Notes: generated from the sequence alone by a model not told the origin. A DNA stretch of 64,000 nt from an uncultured Bdellovibrionales bacterium (GCA_964498095.1 CAZCFY010000008.1:74209-138208), one strand, 5' to 3'. Counted from the stretch's first letter, positions 43,499-54,241 are shown. A program made the numbers and translations.

Positions 43499-44794
43499 TT
43501 AAGAGCTAGATTGAGAAAGTATATGCTTCACAATGATATCGTGGTTTAACCAGAGCGAAGATTTAGACATTAGGAACGAATCATGAAATATAAGTTGGCC
43601 CGTTCCCTTAAGAATTTCTTCACTAAGAACAAAGGTAACCAGATTTTTCTCGTCTTGGTGCATTTCGATAATGCGGTTTGAGCAATCCACCAGTTTCTGC
43701 ATTTGACTGAGGTTATTATGTTGCGGAAATTTGTCAAAAATATTGAAGTCCCTTTTTATTTCCGCATCGCTATAAAACTCGCGCGCGACAGTCAGTAAAT
43801 CATCAATGGATTTGCCCGGCTTTAAGAGTGCTTGGCACTTAGCAAACAGATCCTTGGTATATTTTTTGTCGGCCCCTAACTTTTTATAGGAAGATAACAG
43901 CGGATAGAGCGGAACCTCTACGCCTTGGAAAATTGAGCTTGAGTTGGTTAAGATTTCAGGAGAGTTGTAGACGCAGGTTTTAATTCCCGATTTATGAAAA
44001 CCCCAGCTATGATTCTCTAACCGAATTTTTGCCCAACCCTGAATATAAGGCGCGTAACTTTGCCAAAAATATTCCGCTCCCGTCGTGATCTCGGTGCCGT
44101 GGTAACCATAGGCCGAAAAACGCAGCGAATTTGTTTTTGCAAGCGTTGCCGATTCTTCCACTAAAACTTTAAATGTATCCGCAGTAACGGCATTAAAACT
44201 CTTATCGCAGAGCCGGCCTAAGTCGGAGTTCCAAAAACTTTCTGACGGTATAAATTTATCACCTTTGGGTTTTACGACGCGGTTTAGGGCCGCCATAAAA
44301 ATCTTGGCTCTGGGGACACCACCTGCCATTAGGTGCGCGATAAAAACATTTTTGCCCGGCTCAATGCGCGCTTGGAGTTCGCGGTAAAACTCTTTTACGT
44401 ATTTCGTAAAACGTTCCGCACCCACTTTTTCTGATTCTTCTATCTGGACCCAATTAAGCTTGGCGTTTTGCCACTCATCCATTCTAATGTCTTTAACGAG
44501 GTCACAGGGGGTGAGTCCTTGCGTGGATTTTTCCAAATCAAAACCAGCCTCTAACGGAACATTGATTAACTCCGTTGGCATTTTAGCAAGTTCATCGCCG
44601 TTTAACTTTCGCAGGGCTCCGGCCTCGCGGCGACCGACGGTCGTGTAAATAACTTTTAGCCCATATTTCTCGGCTTCCTGAATTAGCCCATTGACGTAGC
44701 CTCGTCCGAAAACTTCACCAAAGATCACCAGATAATCGCCAGGGTTATAGAGTGCTTTTATGGGGGAATCGCGTAATGGGAAGTAATTCTTCAT
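43499..44794 (-). CDS. conserved-looking cytoplasmic hypothetical protein (431 aa) co-transcribed with the efflux operon
   Basis: Clean long ORF with no signal peptide. The start overlaps the TolC-like stop (44791-44794). I do not recognise the family. Confidence 0.55.
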   Translation of the reverse strand: MKNYFPLRDSPIKALYNPGDYLVIFGEVFGRGYVNGLIQEAEKYGLKVIYTTVGRREAGALRKLNGDELAKMPTELINVPLEAGFDLEKSTQGLTPCDLVKDIRMDEWQNAKLNWVQIEESEKVGAERFTKYVKEFYRELQARIEPGKNVFIAHLMAGGVPRAKIFMAALNRVVKPKGDKFIPSESFWNSDLGRLCDKSFNAVTADTFKVLVEESATLAKTNSLRFSAYGYHGTEITTGAEYFWQSYAPYIQGWAKIRLENHSWGFHKSGIKTCVYNSPEILTNSSSIFQGVEVPLYPLLSSYKKLGADKKYTKDLFAKCQALLKPGKSIDDLLTVAREFYSDAEIKRDFNIFDKFPQHNNLSQMQKLVDCSNRIIEMHQDEKNLVTFVLSEEILKGTGQLIFHDSFLMSKSSLWLNHDIIVKHILSQSSS

Positions 44795-46023
44795 TTTTGC
44801 TCTCCTAGCACCTGTGAAACTTTATTGCCGATACTGGATTGATAGCGGAGATATGACAAATTCATCTGTAACCACAAATTATAAACCGCAAATGTCGCGT
44901 CCACCACGCGGGCTTGGTCGAGCGCCACTTCGTTGGCGGAGATGGCGCCGGCGCGAAACCGGGCGAGGCTCGTTTTAAATGTCAGCTGAATGTCGCGCAA
45001 ATTTTCTTCGGCAATTTTATATTGTTTTAAATATTGGGTTAAGTTTTTACTATGTACGGAAATTTCTTTGGTTAAATCTCTTTCCGTGTCTTTTAAAGTT
45101 TCCTCACTTTTTCTTAACTGCACAAAGCCAGCACGGATATCTGAAAGAGTTTGTCCAGAATCAAAAAGATTCCATTTTGCCGTAAGGTAAATCTCATTTC
45201 CGTAACTTTCGGTGACTTCATAATAAGAGCGGCCAACGGATAAATCCAGGCGGGGTAAATTTGTCGTTACTGTGGAGTGAGCCAACGAGCGGTTTGACTC
45301 TAAAGCTAACTGCGCCGCTTTTAATCGCGGGTGTTCACTGGGCAAGCCACTCTTGGCAACCGGTTCTTTGGGGTTGAGTTTGGGGTCGGCAAGGGCTAAA
45401 AAAGAGCCTACCCAATAACTCAGTTCAGAATAGCAGCTTTCTTTTTTCGTGAGCTCACTTAAATACCGTATGCGGCGGTTTTCGGCGTCCACCTTTAATT
45501 TTAAGAAATCATCACGAGACTTTATCCCCTTCTTAAAGCGGCTTTGCTCGATAGCGGCAATCTGTTCGCTTATCTTTAAAGCTTCAAGGGCGGCGGCCTC
45601 CGCGTTTTGTTCGTAGAGACAATTTAGATAAGTTTCCGCCAGCTGCAGTTCGTTTTGGTTTAGCGCCCAATCTTCGGTAGATTCGGTGGCGGCGAGCAAA
45701 AAACCTTTTGCACGGATATTGGTGTAGTCGCCAAAACTTGAGAATAAGTTTAAGCCGGCGCTGAGTTTCCAAGTCGGATTGGCTAAATCGTCAATTGTAG
45801 AAGTCGAAGACTTTTGCCACGCACCGGATATCGATGGAGTCAGGTTTAACCAGCTCTTGGTGCGGCCAATTTCGGCGTTTTGTGTGTCGAGATTGTAACT
45901 TTGTTGCTTCGGATGCTTGGGAACGAGTTTGAGCGCATCCTTAAGTGTGAGTGTCTGCGCCGAAGAAGAAAAGAGGGGGAGTAGTATAAAAACGAGAAGC
46001 TTAAACATGTTTTCGGTCCGCAA
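44791..46023 (-). CDS. TolC-family outer membrane efflux protein
   Basis: Signal peptide, two-fold internal repeat of coiled helical segments, LTLKDALKLV near the N-terminus. Positioned 3' of the RND pump. Confidence 0.8.
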   Translation of the reverse strand: MRTENMFKLLVFILLPLFSSSAQTLTLKDALKLVPKHPKQQSYNLDTQNAEIGRTKSWLNLTPSISGAWQKSSTSTIDDLANPTWKLSAGLNLFSSFGDYTNIRAKGFLLAATESTEDWALNQNELQLAETYLNCLYEQNAEAAALEALKISEQIAAIEQSRFKKGIKSRDDFLKLKVDAENRRIRYLSELTKKESCYSELSYWVGSFLALADPKLNPKEPVAKSGLPSEHPRLKAAQLALESNRSLAHSTVTTNLPRLDLSVGRSYYEVTESYGNEIYLTAKWNLFDSGQTLSDIRAGFVQLRKSEETLKDTERDLTKEISVHSKNLTQYLKQYKIAEENLRDIQLTFKTSLARFRAGAISANEVALDQARVVDATFAVYNLWLQMNLSYLRYQSSIGNKVSQVLGEQK

Positions 46024-49000
46024 TCACTTCTAAGCAGGGTACTATTATTAATGTGAGAAGAGTGGAGAAGAGCATTCCAAAACTTACGCTAATTCCGAGT
46101 GGCTGTAGCACCTCTCCGCCTTGCCCGAGACCCATAGCCAGAGGAATCATAGCTAGGATCGTAGTAAAGCTCGTAATTAACACGGGCCGCATCCGTACTG
46201 AAGCTGACTTAATCGCCGCGCTCACTGGATCAAGCCCTTCCTCACGGCATTGATTATAAAAGCTCACCAAAATAATTGAATTATTCACGGCAATGCCGCC
46301 GAGAAGAATTACACCTAAAAATGAATTTATAGACCAAGTACTGTCAAAAACCCAAAGCGCCAAAGACACGCCCAAAAATCCCAGCGGGATAGCGGCCTTA
46401 ATGATTAATACATCTTTTATGTTTTCAAACTGGACATAAACAATCATCGCGATGAGACACAAGCTGATTAAGAAAGCGTAAATGAGGCCACGTAGCGATT
46501 TATTAATTTCGACCTGCGAGTCTTCGATTATTACCTGAACGTCTTTAGAGCGCGGTAAGGATTCCACCAGGGCTTTCAATTTCTGTTCATTATTATATTT
46601 ATCTTCGCGGGCCTGTTGCGTGAGATATCCGTAAACGAGTGTATTGCGAGTTTCTTCTTCGATATAAAAACCTGAGACCGCATCATCAAGGCTAATTGTG
46701 GCAAGTGCACTCAAGGGTAAAATACTGGCGCCGGCAATTACGGGAATGGCGGCAATATCTTCGGCCGTCTTAAACCACTGTTCAGGGTATTGGATGTAGA
46801 CGTATTTGTCTTTATCGTCGGTTTTAACAAATCCCAATCCCTTTTGGCGAATCCCAGACGAAATAATTTCGCCAAGATCAAAAAGTGTTGGGCCACTTAA
46901 GTCTTTATCCTTAATCCGGTCCAGAACTTGAAACTGGGGTTTTAAAGTAAATTGAGGCTCACGTTTTACCGTGCTATCGACCCAGGCGAGCAGTCGGGTG
47001 CCCTCTAATTCCATTTTAAGTTTCTCGGCGTATTCCAGAGTTTCACTTTCGGGGCCGGTGATTTTTACGGAAAGATGGGGCGGATTTGGAATGGGCAGTT
47101 TTGAAGGATTGAACGGCCAGACGCGAAATTGAATTTGCGGCGTACTCACCAAACGATTTTCTAATTCCTTCATCGTTTCTTTCATAAGCTTCTTGGATTT
47201 TAGATGGGCAAAAATTCCACCTTCGTCGCGGTCGCGGACTTGGGTAAAAGTATAATCAATCTTGTCGCTAAATTCATTCTTAAGAATTTTTTCGTAGGGT
47301 TCTAAGGCCATCGCCGCTTCTTCGGTCGACATTGATCCCGAAATAGAAGCCCAAATTATGACTAAATCAGAGCTGGGGATGGCGATAATTTCTTTTTTAA
47401 TTTTTGGCAGCAAGATATACGATACGCCAATTACCAGCGCAAAAGCCCCAGTGCTTAATGAGACCCGTCGCACCTTTGAAGAAAGAATAAAGCGCAGAAA
47501 TCCCTGATAGAGCAGCACGAATTTTTCGTAATAATAATTAAAGGCCATTGAGACGCGGTTCATTTCGTTGGGGTCGTGATGGATTTGCGAACGAATGGTA
47601 GGCACTAAAATAATTGCCACGATGGCGGAGAACACGTGCGAATAAACTACTGCTTTTGCTAAATCACCTAAAATGGCGTAGGTAACTCCGGAGGTCATCG
47701 ACAATGGTAGGAAAACAATAACGCTTGCTAACGTGGAAGTTAGAATTGGCCATTTAACTTCGTTGACCGCGTCCATGATGACATCAAGGCGCTCACGTCC
47801 TTTATTCCTTTCCATTTCAAAATGGCGAATAATATTTTCGACCATGACGACGCTAGCATCGACGTTCATTCCCGCGGAGAGGGCTAAGCCGCCCAACGAA
47901 ACGAGGTTGATCCCGACGTTGTTAAAGTACATCAAAATAAAGGCCCAGGCCATGGCCAGTGGAATTTCCAGGGCAGAAAATACGGTGAGCTTAAGCGAGC
48001 CTACGAACAAAAGTAAAATCGCCACGGCAAAGAATCCACCGAGCGCGATGGATTCATAAACGTCGCGGACTGCCGCATTGATGACGTTACTGGGATTTAC
48101 CAAGATCTTAAAGTCTGCGCCTTTTGGCCATTTTGGTTTCGAAGTTTCTAAAATTCCGGTTACTTGATCGCAAAGCTCTTTTAAGTTCGCATCGTCGCGC
48201 GGGTTAACGAACAGAATTAAACTCTGCTTGCCATCGGTTTTGTAAATGTCTTGTCCTTCTTGGCCGGCGCGCAGTTCGATGACGGCGATATCTTTGAGTT
48301 TTAAGCCCGGAGTGCCAAAAGGTTCCAAAGAAAGTTCTTCAAGTTCAGAAACGTTTTCGACTTTGTTTTGCAGTAAGATCTGGTAATTACTTTCGCCTAA
48401 CTGGACGCTGCCGGGGTAAATAGGCGCTAAGGCACTTTCGACGTAGCCCGCGAGCTTAAAGACGTCGACGCGATGAAATGTGGCGCGCTCGGGATTTACG
48501 GTAATATAAACATTTTGCGCGCTCGGGTCGGTAAGGCCAACTGCTTTTGTGCCTTCGAGGGACTTAATTGGACTGTAAATTAAAGGCTCCAGCGCTTTTT
48601 TAAGCGCCGTTAAATCCCCATCCGGAGAAGAAATGCTGGCCGCGTAAAAGGCACTATTTGCCTGGCGCTGCCAATAGTTCATAAAATCGCGCATTTCTTT
48701 TGGTAAACGCGGGCGGATGGTTTCCACCACGGTTTGTACTTCGCGGTCAGCTTTTTTGGCGTCAATGCCCCATTTAAATTCTACCGTGTAGTTCATGTGA
48801 CCGGGCTCGCCGCGAACCGTGACTTTTTCTGCGCCCTCTATTTTTCGTAAATTCGCCTGCAGCTCATCACCATATTGATGATAAAAATTTTCCGGCGTCA
48901 TGCCCCGCAGACTTACGTTGACGCGAAATTCAGGTTTGGCCGAATTAGGAAAAAGAGTAACTGGCAAAAACCGCGACAGCACGATGCCAAGGACAGTAAA

Positions 49001-49051
49001 CGCGATAATTAAAAAATAAAGGCGCTTAGGCCGGGCGTAGATCGATTTCAT
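46001..49051 (-). CDS. RND efflux transporter permease (AcrB/HAE family)
   Basis: 1016 aa with 12 TM helices in a 1+5/1+5 arrangement and two large periplasmic loops. Typical motifs include GLALSAGMNVDASVVMVENI and ASVRMRPVLITSFTTILAMIPLA. Confidence 0.95.
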   Translation of the reverse strand: MKSIYARPKRLYFLIIAFTVLGIVLSRFLPVTLFPNSAKPEFRVNVSLRGMTPENFYHQYGDELQANLRKIEGAEKVTVRGEPGHMNYTVEFKWGIDAKKADREVQTVVETIRPRLPKEMRDFMNYWQRQANSAFYAASISSPDGDLTALKKALEPLIYSPIKSLEGTKAVGLTDPSAQNVYITVNPERATFHRVDVFKLAGYVESALAPIYPGSVQLGESNYQILLQNKVENVSELEELSLEPFGTPGLKLKDIAVIELRAGQEGQDIYKTDGKQSLILFVNPRDDANLKELCDQVTGILETSKPKWPKGADFKILVNPSNVINAAVRDVYESIALGGFFAVAILLLFVGSLKLTVFSALEIPLAMAWAFILMYFNNVGINLVSLGGLALSAGMNVDASVVMVENIIRHFEMERNKGRERLDVIMDAVNEVKWPILTSTLASVIVFLPLSMTSGVTYAILGDLAKAVVYSHVFSAIVAIILVPTIRSQIHHDPNEMNRVSMAFNYYYEKFVLLYQGFLRFILSSKVRRVSLSTGAFALVIGVSYILLPKIKKEIIAIPSSDLVIIWASISGSMSTEEAAMALEPYEKILKNEFSDKIDYTFTQVRDRDEGGIFAHLKSKKLMKETMKELENRLVSTPQIQFRVWPFNPSKLPIPNPPHLSVKITGPESETLEYAEKLKMELEGTRLLAWVDSTVKREPQFTLKPQFQVLDRIKDKDLSGPTLFDLGEIISSGIRQKGLGFVKTDDKDKYVYIQYPEQWFKTAEDIAAIPVIAGASILPLSALATISLDDAVSGFYIEEETRNTLVYGYLTQQAREDKYNNEQKLKALVESLPRSKDVQVIIEDSQVEINKSLRGLIYAFLISLCLIAMIVYVQFENIKDVLIIKAAIPLGFLGVSLALWVFDSTWSINSFLGVILLGGIAVNNSIILVSFYNQCREEGLDPVSAAIKSASVRMRPVLITSFTTILAMIPLAMGLGQGGEVLQPLGISVSFGMLFSTLLTLIIVPCLEVIADRKHV

Positions 49052-49893
49052 TTCGTAACAGTCGTCTCCGGCTTGGCCTGGCGGGCGACTTTATCGCCAT
49101 CTTTTACAAATTCGCTGGATTTTAAAACAATCTCATCTTTTTCGACTAAGCCTTTGGTAACGATATGCTGGCCATTAACCAAATCGCCGAGTTCAACTTC
49201 CGTCATGTGAACGGTGTCCTGCTTATCAAGCTTACGCACAAATTTCTTGAGGTTTAATTTTACGAGCGCTTGGGGCGGGACGATAATATGATCTTCCGAC
49301 GGCGGATAAACGGTTAATTTACCCACGGCACCCATGGTTGGCCGGTCAATTTTCTCGGTGGGCAGGAGTTCCATTTGAATAGTGCCGGTGCGGGGATTTA
49401 CCACGGTCGAAAGTGCCGAAACCTTGGTTTTAATTTTTTGCACCTCGGATTCAAAAAGGGCCTCGAAACCTAGCTGCAGACGGCGCACGTCTCCGGCGGG
49501 GGCTTCAACAATAATTTTAAAAAGATTGGGATCAATGACTTCTCCCGAACTCTCTCCGGCGCTGACGGTCTTTCCTAAATGAACATCAAGTTTGGCGACG
49601 ACCCCGGAAACGGGAGCGCGCACGGCATAGTCATTAAAATTCATCTCCATTTGATTATTCTTCATGTAAAAGATAACTTCGCCGCGGCGGACTTTTGTTC
49701 CTAAGCCGCGCACGATGCGGGTGACGGTCCCGGTGATTTCGCTGGTGAGTTTTCCCTGCACGACGGGAATAATTACTGCGGGGTATTTAATTAAGCGCTG
49801 GATTTTTTGTTTTTGAATCACCAAAGTATCAACGGTGGGAGTGGTTTGCGCCGCAAAACCAAAAGACACCAAAATGGCTAAAATCTTAAACAC
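49048..49893 (-). CDS. RND efflux periplasmic adaptor (membrane fusion protein)
   Basis: Signal peptide, a lipoyl/barrel-sandwich-like segment (VRAPVSGVVAKLDVHLGKTVSAGE), and an ATGA overlap with the RND gene. Confidence 0.8.
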   Translation of the reverse strand: MFKILAILVSFGFAAQTTPTVDTLVIQKQKIQRLIKYPAVIIPVVQGKLTSEITGTVTRIVRGLGTKVRRGEVIFYMKNNQMEMNFNDYAVRAPVSGVVAKLDVHLGKTVSAGESSGEVIDPNLFKIIVEAPAGDVRRLQLGFEALFESEVQKIKTKVSALSTVVNPRTGTIQMELLPTEKIDRPTMGAVGKLTVYPPSEDHIIVPPQALVKLNLKKFVRKLDKQDTVHMTEVELGDLVNGQHIVTKGLVEKDEIVLKSSEFVKDGDKVARQAKPETTVTK

Positions 49894-49952
49894 TTATAAC
49901 CTCCGGGAAGGAACCGATTTAAGCACCGGTCAGAGGCTAAATCAACGGTGAA

Positions 49953-52100
49953 TTAGTGGGCGGCTAGAGGCTTAATATTATGGCGAGAAAAGGGGGATAA
50001 TTCTTGTAAAAAAGACGTTAAAAAGTCTTTCGCTTTGACATTGGTTTCGCTTCGCAACATGAAGTCGATTTGGTCTTTATTGGTAAATGTCGAAATACTT
50101 CCTGGATAGGCCCTTTGCTCGTGACTAAAAAGCTCAACGCCTTCGACGAAAATCTCCTGCGGGCTTGATTTTGCCGTTCTTGAGGCATCGGTTAGGTTTA
50201 AAAGCTTTGTCGTCATATTTAAAAAGGTAAAATAGTCGCGGTTACCTCTTAAAGAGAGGACGAAGGGACGGTTATTGGGATGGCGAGCATCGATAAAGTC
50301 GCCCGTCGAAAAGTGCTGCGAGAAAAAGTAGTAAGTTTCAAAAAAGCTAGTTGGCTCGCTTACCACATCGGCACAAAAGTGAAATCCCTGGTGTTGCCCC
50401 AAAGCTTGATCGTTTAACGTAATGCTTAAGCACGGGCGGTACTTTTGTACTTGAATTTCAAGCTGGGCTTGCTGCTCGATCAAATAAACGCCATGAGAAA
50501 AGTTAATGCTATGTCCGTTGCTTTCAGAAAAAGAATCTGATCGTGAGGAATCTTTGCTCCACTGGAAGTCGACCGCTGCAGAAAAGAAATCTTTTATTAA
50601 GGGAACTTTGGAAAGCACGTTACTAAGCAACGACATCGGACGAATGGAGGCGCCCGCCGAAACAGAAGTACCCTCGCGTAGGCTCGAGGAAAGGCTTCTC
50701 CCTGAGCTTAAATCAAAAGAGCTGGCGACGTTAAAGCTTTGCGATCTGCCGCCGAGCCAAGTGGCACGTGGTTTGGGATCCAAAATGTGAATGCGGTGGT
50801 CAAGCGAGAAGAACTTTAAAGGTTCCTTTTCGCAATTCATATTGGTTTGGGCGGATTTTGCAAAGGCACTGGCAGAATTAATTTTAAACCCGTCCATAAA
50901 AGCTAACCGGCAAAGTGGGCGTAAGTTTTTTATCAAAAGATCATTAAAAGTTTTATTTTGCGTAAGCTTGAGCAGACCTTCGGCGGCTACCGTCTGCATA
51001 AAAATGGGGTCAATTGGCAAGTTTTTATATTTCGCATCCTTGGGCATAAAGGGCGTTAAGCCATTTTCGGCGACATAAGAATCCAATGAGTACTTTTGTT
51101 GACGCTCAATAAGCCGGGCTTGCACTGATTGCTTATGTTCTTTGATGACTTGGTTCATTTTAGTAAAGCTATTTGAGTCGGAGTCAGAGCGGGCGATGAG
51201 GATATTTGAAAGTTCATTTGAGGGAGTAAAGGAACCCCAAAAAACCCGCGGTTGGAGTCCCGAGCTGAGATCGGGACCTTTGCCATCGGCTCTTAAGGGA
51301 TAAAGTTCAAAGGCAATGGAGTTACGTCCTCCCCAAACGATGAGGTCGGAGGTGCTTAATTCAATTTGCGTTTGGACACGGCTACCAACAACGTCAACGA
51401 CGCGCTCATAGGAATCTATTAATAGCGGCAACGCCGAAGTTGAAGAGAGATTTTCGTCGCCCAAAAACAAAGAAGCGCGCAAGAGGTACTTTCCGTCACG
51501 CAAGCGTTCGGAGTTACTCAACGATATAGATTGCATGTCGGGACGGATGATTTCCGGGGAGATCATCAGTGAGTAGCGGCGGACAAAGGTAATATCCAAC
51601 ACGGAATTTATACGGAAATCCGTACCGCTAAATTGCGCGAGCACCGAAGGAATTTGTACGAATGGCGCCGGCTGCGCTTTATTTTTTTTGCGCTCCTCAT
51701 CGATAAAGCGGCCATCCACCGCAAATTCAGTGTCGCTGCGAAACGGATTTATAAAAACCGGGACGCTAATTTTATCTTGGGAACCTGCGGGAAGCAGCGA
51801 GACAAACATGACTTGGTCGCCACTTTGGTAGATTTTATGGCGATATTGGCCTTTCCAAGTTAGGCAACCCTGGGCATCAGTTTTTGTTTTGACATTTCCT
51901 GGTTGCGCTTGGACTTCTAAATTCGGCTGGCCTAAACAGGTGGAGAAACGAAGATTCAAGCTCCGGTCAACGGTAGATTGCGCGGTCGGGGCTACACCCA
52001 GAAACTGAACTTTAATTTCTGTCGGAGTAAGGCTTTGTGCATAAGCACAGACGCAAAATAGATAGAATTTTATGCTAAGAAGTAGTGATAATTTCAGCAA
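49953..52100 (-). CDS. large exported hypothetical protein (715 aa)
   Basis: Signal peptide MLKLSLLLSIKFYLFCVCAYAQS. No recognised domain. Confidence 0.6.
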   Translation of the reverse strand: MLKLSLLLSIKFYLFCVCAYAQSLTPTEIKVQFLGVAPTAQSTVDRSLNLRFSTCLGQPNLEVQAQPGNVKTKTDAQGCLTWKGQYRHKIYQSGDQVMFVSLLPAGSQDKISVPVFINPFRSDTEFAVDGRFIDEERKKNKAQPAPFVQIPSVLAQFSGTDFRINSVLDITFVRRYSLMISPEIIRPDMQSISLSNSERLRDGKYLLRASLFLGDENLSSTSALPLLIDSYERVVDVVGSRVQTQIELSTSDLIVWGGRNSIAFELYPLRADGKGPDLSSGLQPRVFWGSFTPSNELSNILIARSDSDSNSFTKMNQVIKEHKQSVQARLIERQQKYSLDSYVAENGLTPFMPKDAKYKNLPIDPIFMQTVAAEGLLKLTQNKTFNDLLIKNLRPLCRLAFMDGFKINSASAFAKSAQTNMNCEKEPLKFFSLDHRIHILDPKPRATWLGGRSQSFNVASSFDLSSGRSLSSSLREGTSVSAGASIRPMSLLSNVLSKVPLIKDFFSAAVDFQWSKDSSRSDSFSESNGHSINFSHGVYLIEQQAQLEIQVQKYRPCLSITLNDQALGQHQGFHFCADVVSEPTSFFETYYFFSQHFSTGDFIDARHPNNRPFVLSLRGNRDYFTFLNMTTKLLNLTDASRTAKSSPQEIFVEGVELFSHEQRAYPGSISTFTNKDQIDFMLRSETNVKAKDFLTSFLQELSPFSRHNIKPLAAH

Positions 52101-52256
52101 GCCTGGTCTCTCCGCTTTTAACGAAGGAGAACGCTACAAATTTCATTCCTGCTTTAAGTGCAAGGTGATGAATTTCTAGGCTCAAGCACCTAAATTTTTA
52201 CAAAAGCACTAACGTTTTTCTGGCATTTATAAAGTTAGTATGAATAATTTACACTG

Positions 52257-53474
52257 GTGGCAACAGTTAAACCATTTAAAGCGTTAAGGCCCAGTTCCCA
52301 GTTCGCTAGCCAAGTGGCGGAGCTTCCTTATGATGTTGTTTCTACCGAAGAGGCGCGGGAGATCGCGCGTTTTCGCCCCCATTCGTTTTTTCATGTGAGC
52401 CGCGCTGAAATTGACTTCCCCGCTGGGCAAGATCCGCATACTTTGGCCGTATACGAAAAAGCTCATAAGAATTTAGAGAAACTAATCGTCGATAAAGTTT
52501 TAACGCCTGATTCACGCGAAAGCCTCTATGTTTATCAGCTAATTTTTCAGGGCCGTACGCAGACAGGGCTAGTTGCCTTGTGCAGTACCGAGGAATACGA
52601 AAAAGGAATAATTAAGAAGCATGAGCTCACCCGGCAGGATAAGGAAGACGACCGCGTTAAACATATAGAGGTTTGTGCCGCGCATACGGGCCTGGTCTTT
52701 TTGGCCTACCGGCGCAACCAAGAATTAAAATCCGCCATCTATAAAGAAATAGAAGGCAAGACTTGTGAAATAGATTTTATCACCAGTGACAAAGTACAAC
52801 ACCGTATTTGGAAAATCGATGATGCCGAAGCTATTTCGCGGCTACAACATTTAGCGCAAAAAATTTCTGCGTTTTATATTGCCGACGGTCACCATCGCGC
52901 GCAGGCCGCCTGGCGGGTGGGCCGCAGCCGACTGAGCTCAGCTTCAAAATATTTTATGGCGGGAATTTTTTCGGAAGATGAATTAAAGATCCTGCCTTAC
53001 TTCCGTATTTTAAAAAATGCCAAGGATGATATTGAAGCACTTATTAAGAAGGCCCAAGGTTTTATTTTATCTCCGTTAGAGGGTGTAAAATCCTTTGCGC
53101 CTAAGTCGCGTCACCAGTTCGGCGTATTTTATGCGGGTAAATGGTACCAGCTTACCGCGCAGAAAGAAATTATTGACGAAAAGGACCCTGTCAAAAACCT
53201 CGATGTCTATTTATTGCAGGAGTATTTTTTAAAACCGGTTTTTGACATAAAGGATCCCCGTACCGATGAAAAGATTGATTTTATGGGTGGTATACGGGGG
53301 GTCGAAGAGTTAATGGCTACCTGTCTGAAAAATAATTTTCTTGGAATTACGCTGTTTGCGACCTCTTTGGACGAGGTGATGAATGTCGCCGACAAGAATC
53401 AAATCATGCCGCCTAAATCTACCTGGTTTGAACCAAAACTAAGAAGCGGCCTCTTCGTAAATAAATTCGAATAA
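52257..53474 (+). CDS. DUF1015 family protein
   Basis: GTG start. The N-terminus ATVKPFKALRPSSQFASQVAELPYDVVSTEEAREI is the hallmark DUF1015 opening. ADGHHR lies mid-protein. Confidence 0.85.
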   Translation: MATVKPFKALRPSSQFASQVAELPYDVVSTEEAREIARFRPHSFFHVSRAEIDFPAGQDPHTLAVYEKAHKNLEKLIVDKVLTPDSRESLYVYQLIFQGRTQTGLVALCSTEEYEKGIIKKHELTRQDKEDDRVKHIEVCAAHTGLVFLAYRRNQELKSAIYKEIEGKTCEIDFITSDKVQHRIWKIDDAEAISRLQHLAQKISAFYIADGHHRAQAAWRVGRSRLSSASKYFMAGIFSEDELKILPYFRILKNAKDDIEALIKKAQGFILSPLEGVKSFAPKSRHQFGVFYAGKWYQLTAQKEIIDEKDPVKNLDVYLLQEYFLKPVFDIKDPRTDEKIDFMGGIRGVEELMATCLKNNFLGITLFATSLDEVMNVADKNQIMPPKSTWFEPKLRSGLFVNKFE

Positions 53475-53527
53475 GGTAACAGTTCCCTTTTCTCGATGTG
53501 GCGCATCGAGAAAAGGGAACTGTTACC
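53475..53527. terminator. perfect 24-bp-stem hairpin between convergent genes (probable bidirectional terminator)
   Basis: ggtaacagttcccttttctcgatg - tggcg - catcgagaaaagggaactgttacc. It begins 1 nt after the DUF1015 stop and touches the stop of the minus-strand gene. There is no clear U-tract. Confidence 0.6.
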
Positions 53528-54192
53528 TATAAGTTTTGGAGGCGGCAGGCGAGGTTGGCGGTTTGTGGGCCATCTATGCGACCGGGGTATTTGGAATCGA
53601 CGACAGTGGTGCGGTTGATAGTCAGATGAAAGGGCGGCCCATCGTAAACAACTTCGGTCGCGGTGTTTGCGGACAGGGTAACTAAAATTTTTTGTACTTG
53701 TTCGCCTTGCCTATAGTAGGTAACGAGCCTTTGGCCGTTAAAGTCCTGTAAAATAAGTTCGTACGTGCCCGTGCTATCGTTGCAGAAGACTTCCGTAACG
53801 GGCATTTCTTCGAGGCTTGCATATTTGTAAGAGTATTGTTCGTAAATTGTATTGTTGTAAACCGCAAATCCAGAATTAAATTTTGAAAGTTCAACAGTAC
53901 TTACTTCGATTACTGACTGGGTGTTATCGCAGCTGCCCGAGTAGTAATAGCCCGCGCTTTCGTAAATTCCGATGGAGCTGCCGTAATCAGTCGTCGTTTG
54001 ACCCTGACTAACGCAAGTGGCGTTGCGAACGCGGGCAATATAATCCAGCCATTTATCTGCAACAGCATCCGCCGTTGAAGTCATTCCACCGTAACCGCTG
54101 CCATTTCCCTCAAGTAATAAGCAGCCTTGATTCATCATTGCGGTTAGCAATAATAGCTGTATCAAAATGAGATTAAATTTCCCCCGTCGCAT
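53527..54192 (-). CDS. lipoprotein, hypothetical
   Basis: ORF 53527-54327. The internal ATG at 54192 gives MRRGKFNLILIQLLLLTAMMNQGC (lipobox). Confidence 0.55.
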   Translation of the reverse strand: MRRGKFNLILIQLLLLTAMMNQGCLLLEGNGSGYGGMTSTADAVADKWLDYIARVRNATCVSQGQTTTDYGSSIGIYESAGYYYSGSCDNTQSVIEVSTVELSKFNSGFAVYNNTIYEQYSYKYASLEEMPVTEVFCNDSTGTYELILQDFNGQRLVTYYRQGEQVQKILVTLSANTATEVVYDGPPFHLTINRTTVVDSKYPGRIDGPQTANLACRLQNL

Positions 54193-54241
54193 ACTTAAAT
54201 GATAACTAAAATTCGGTAAGAAAACGACCGATATTTTTGGC

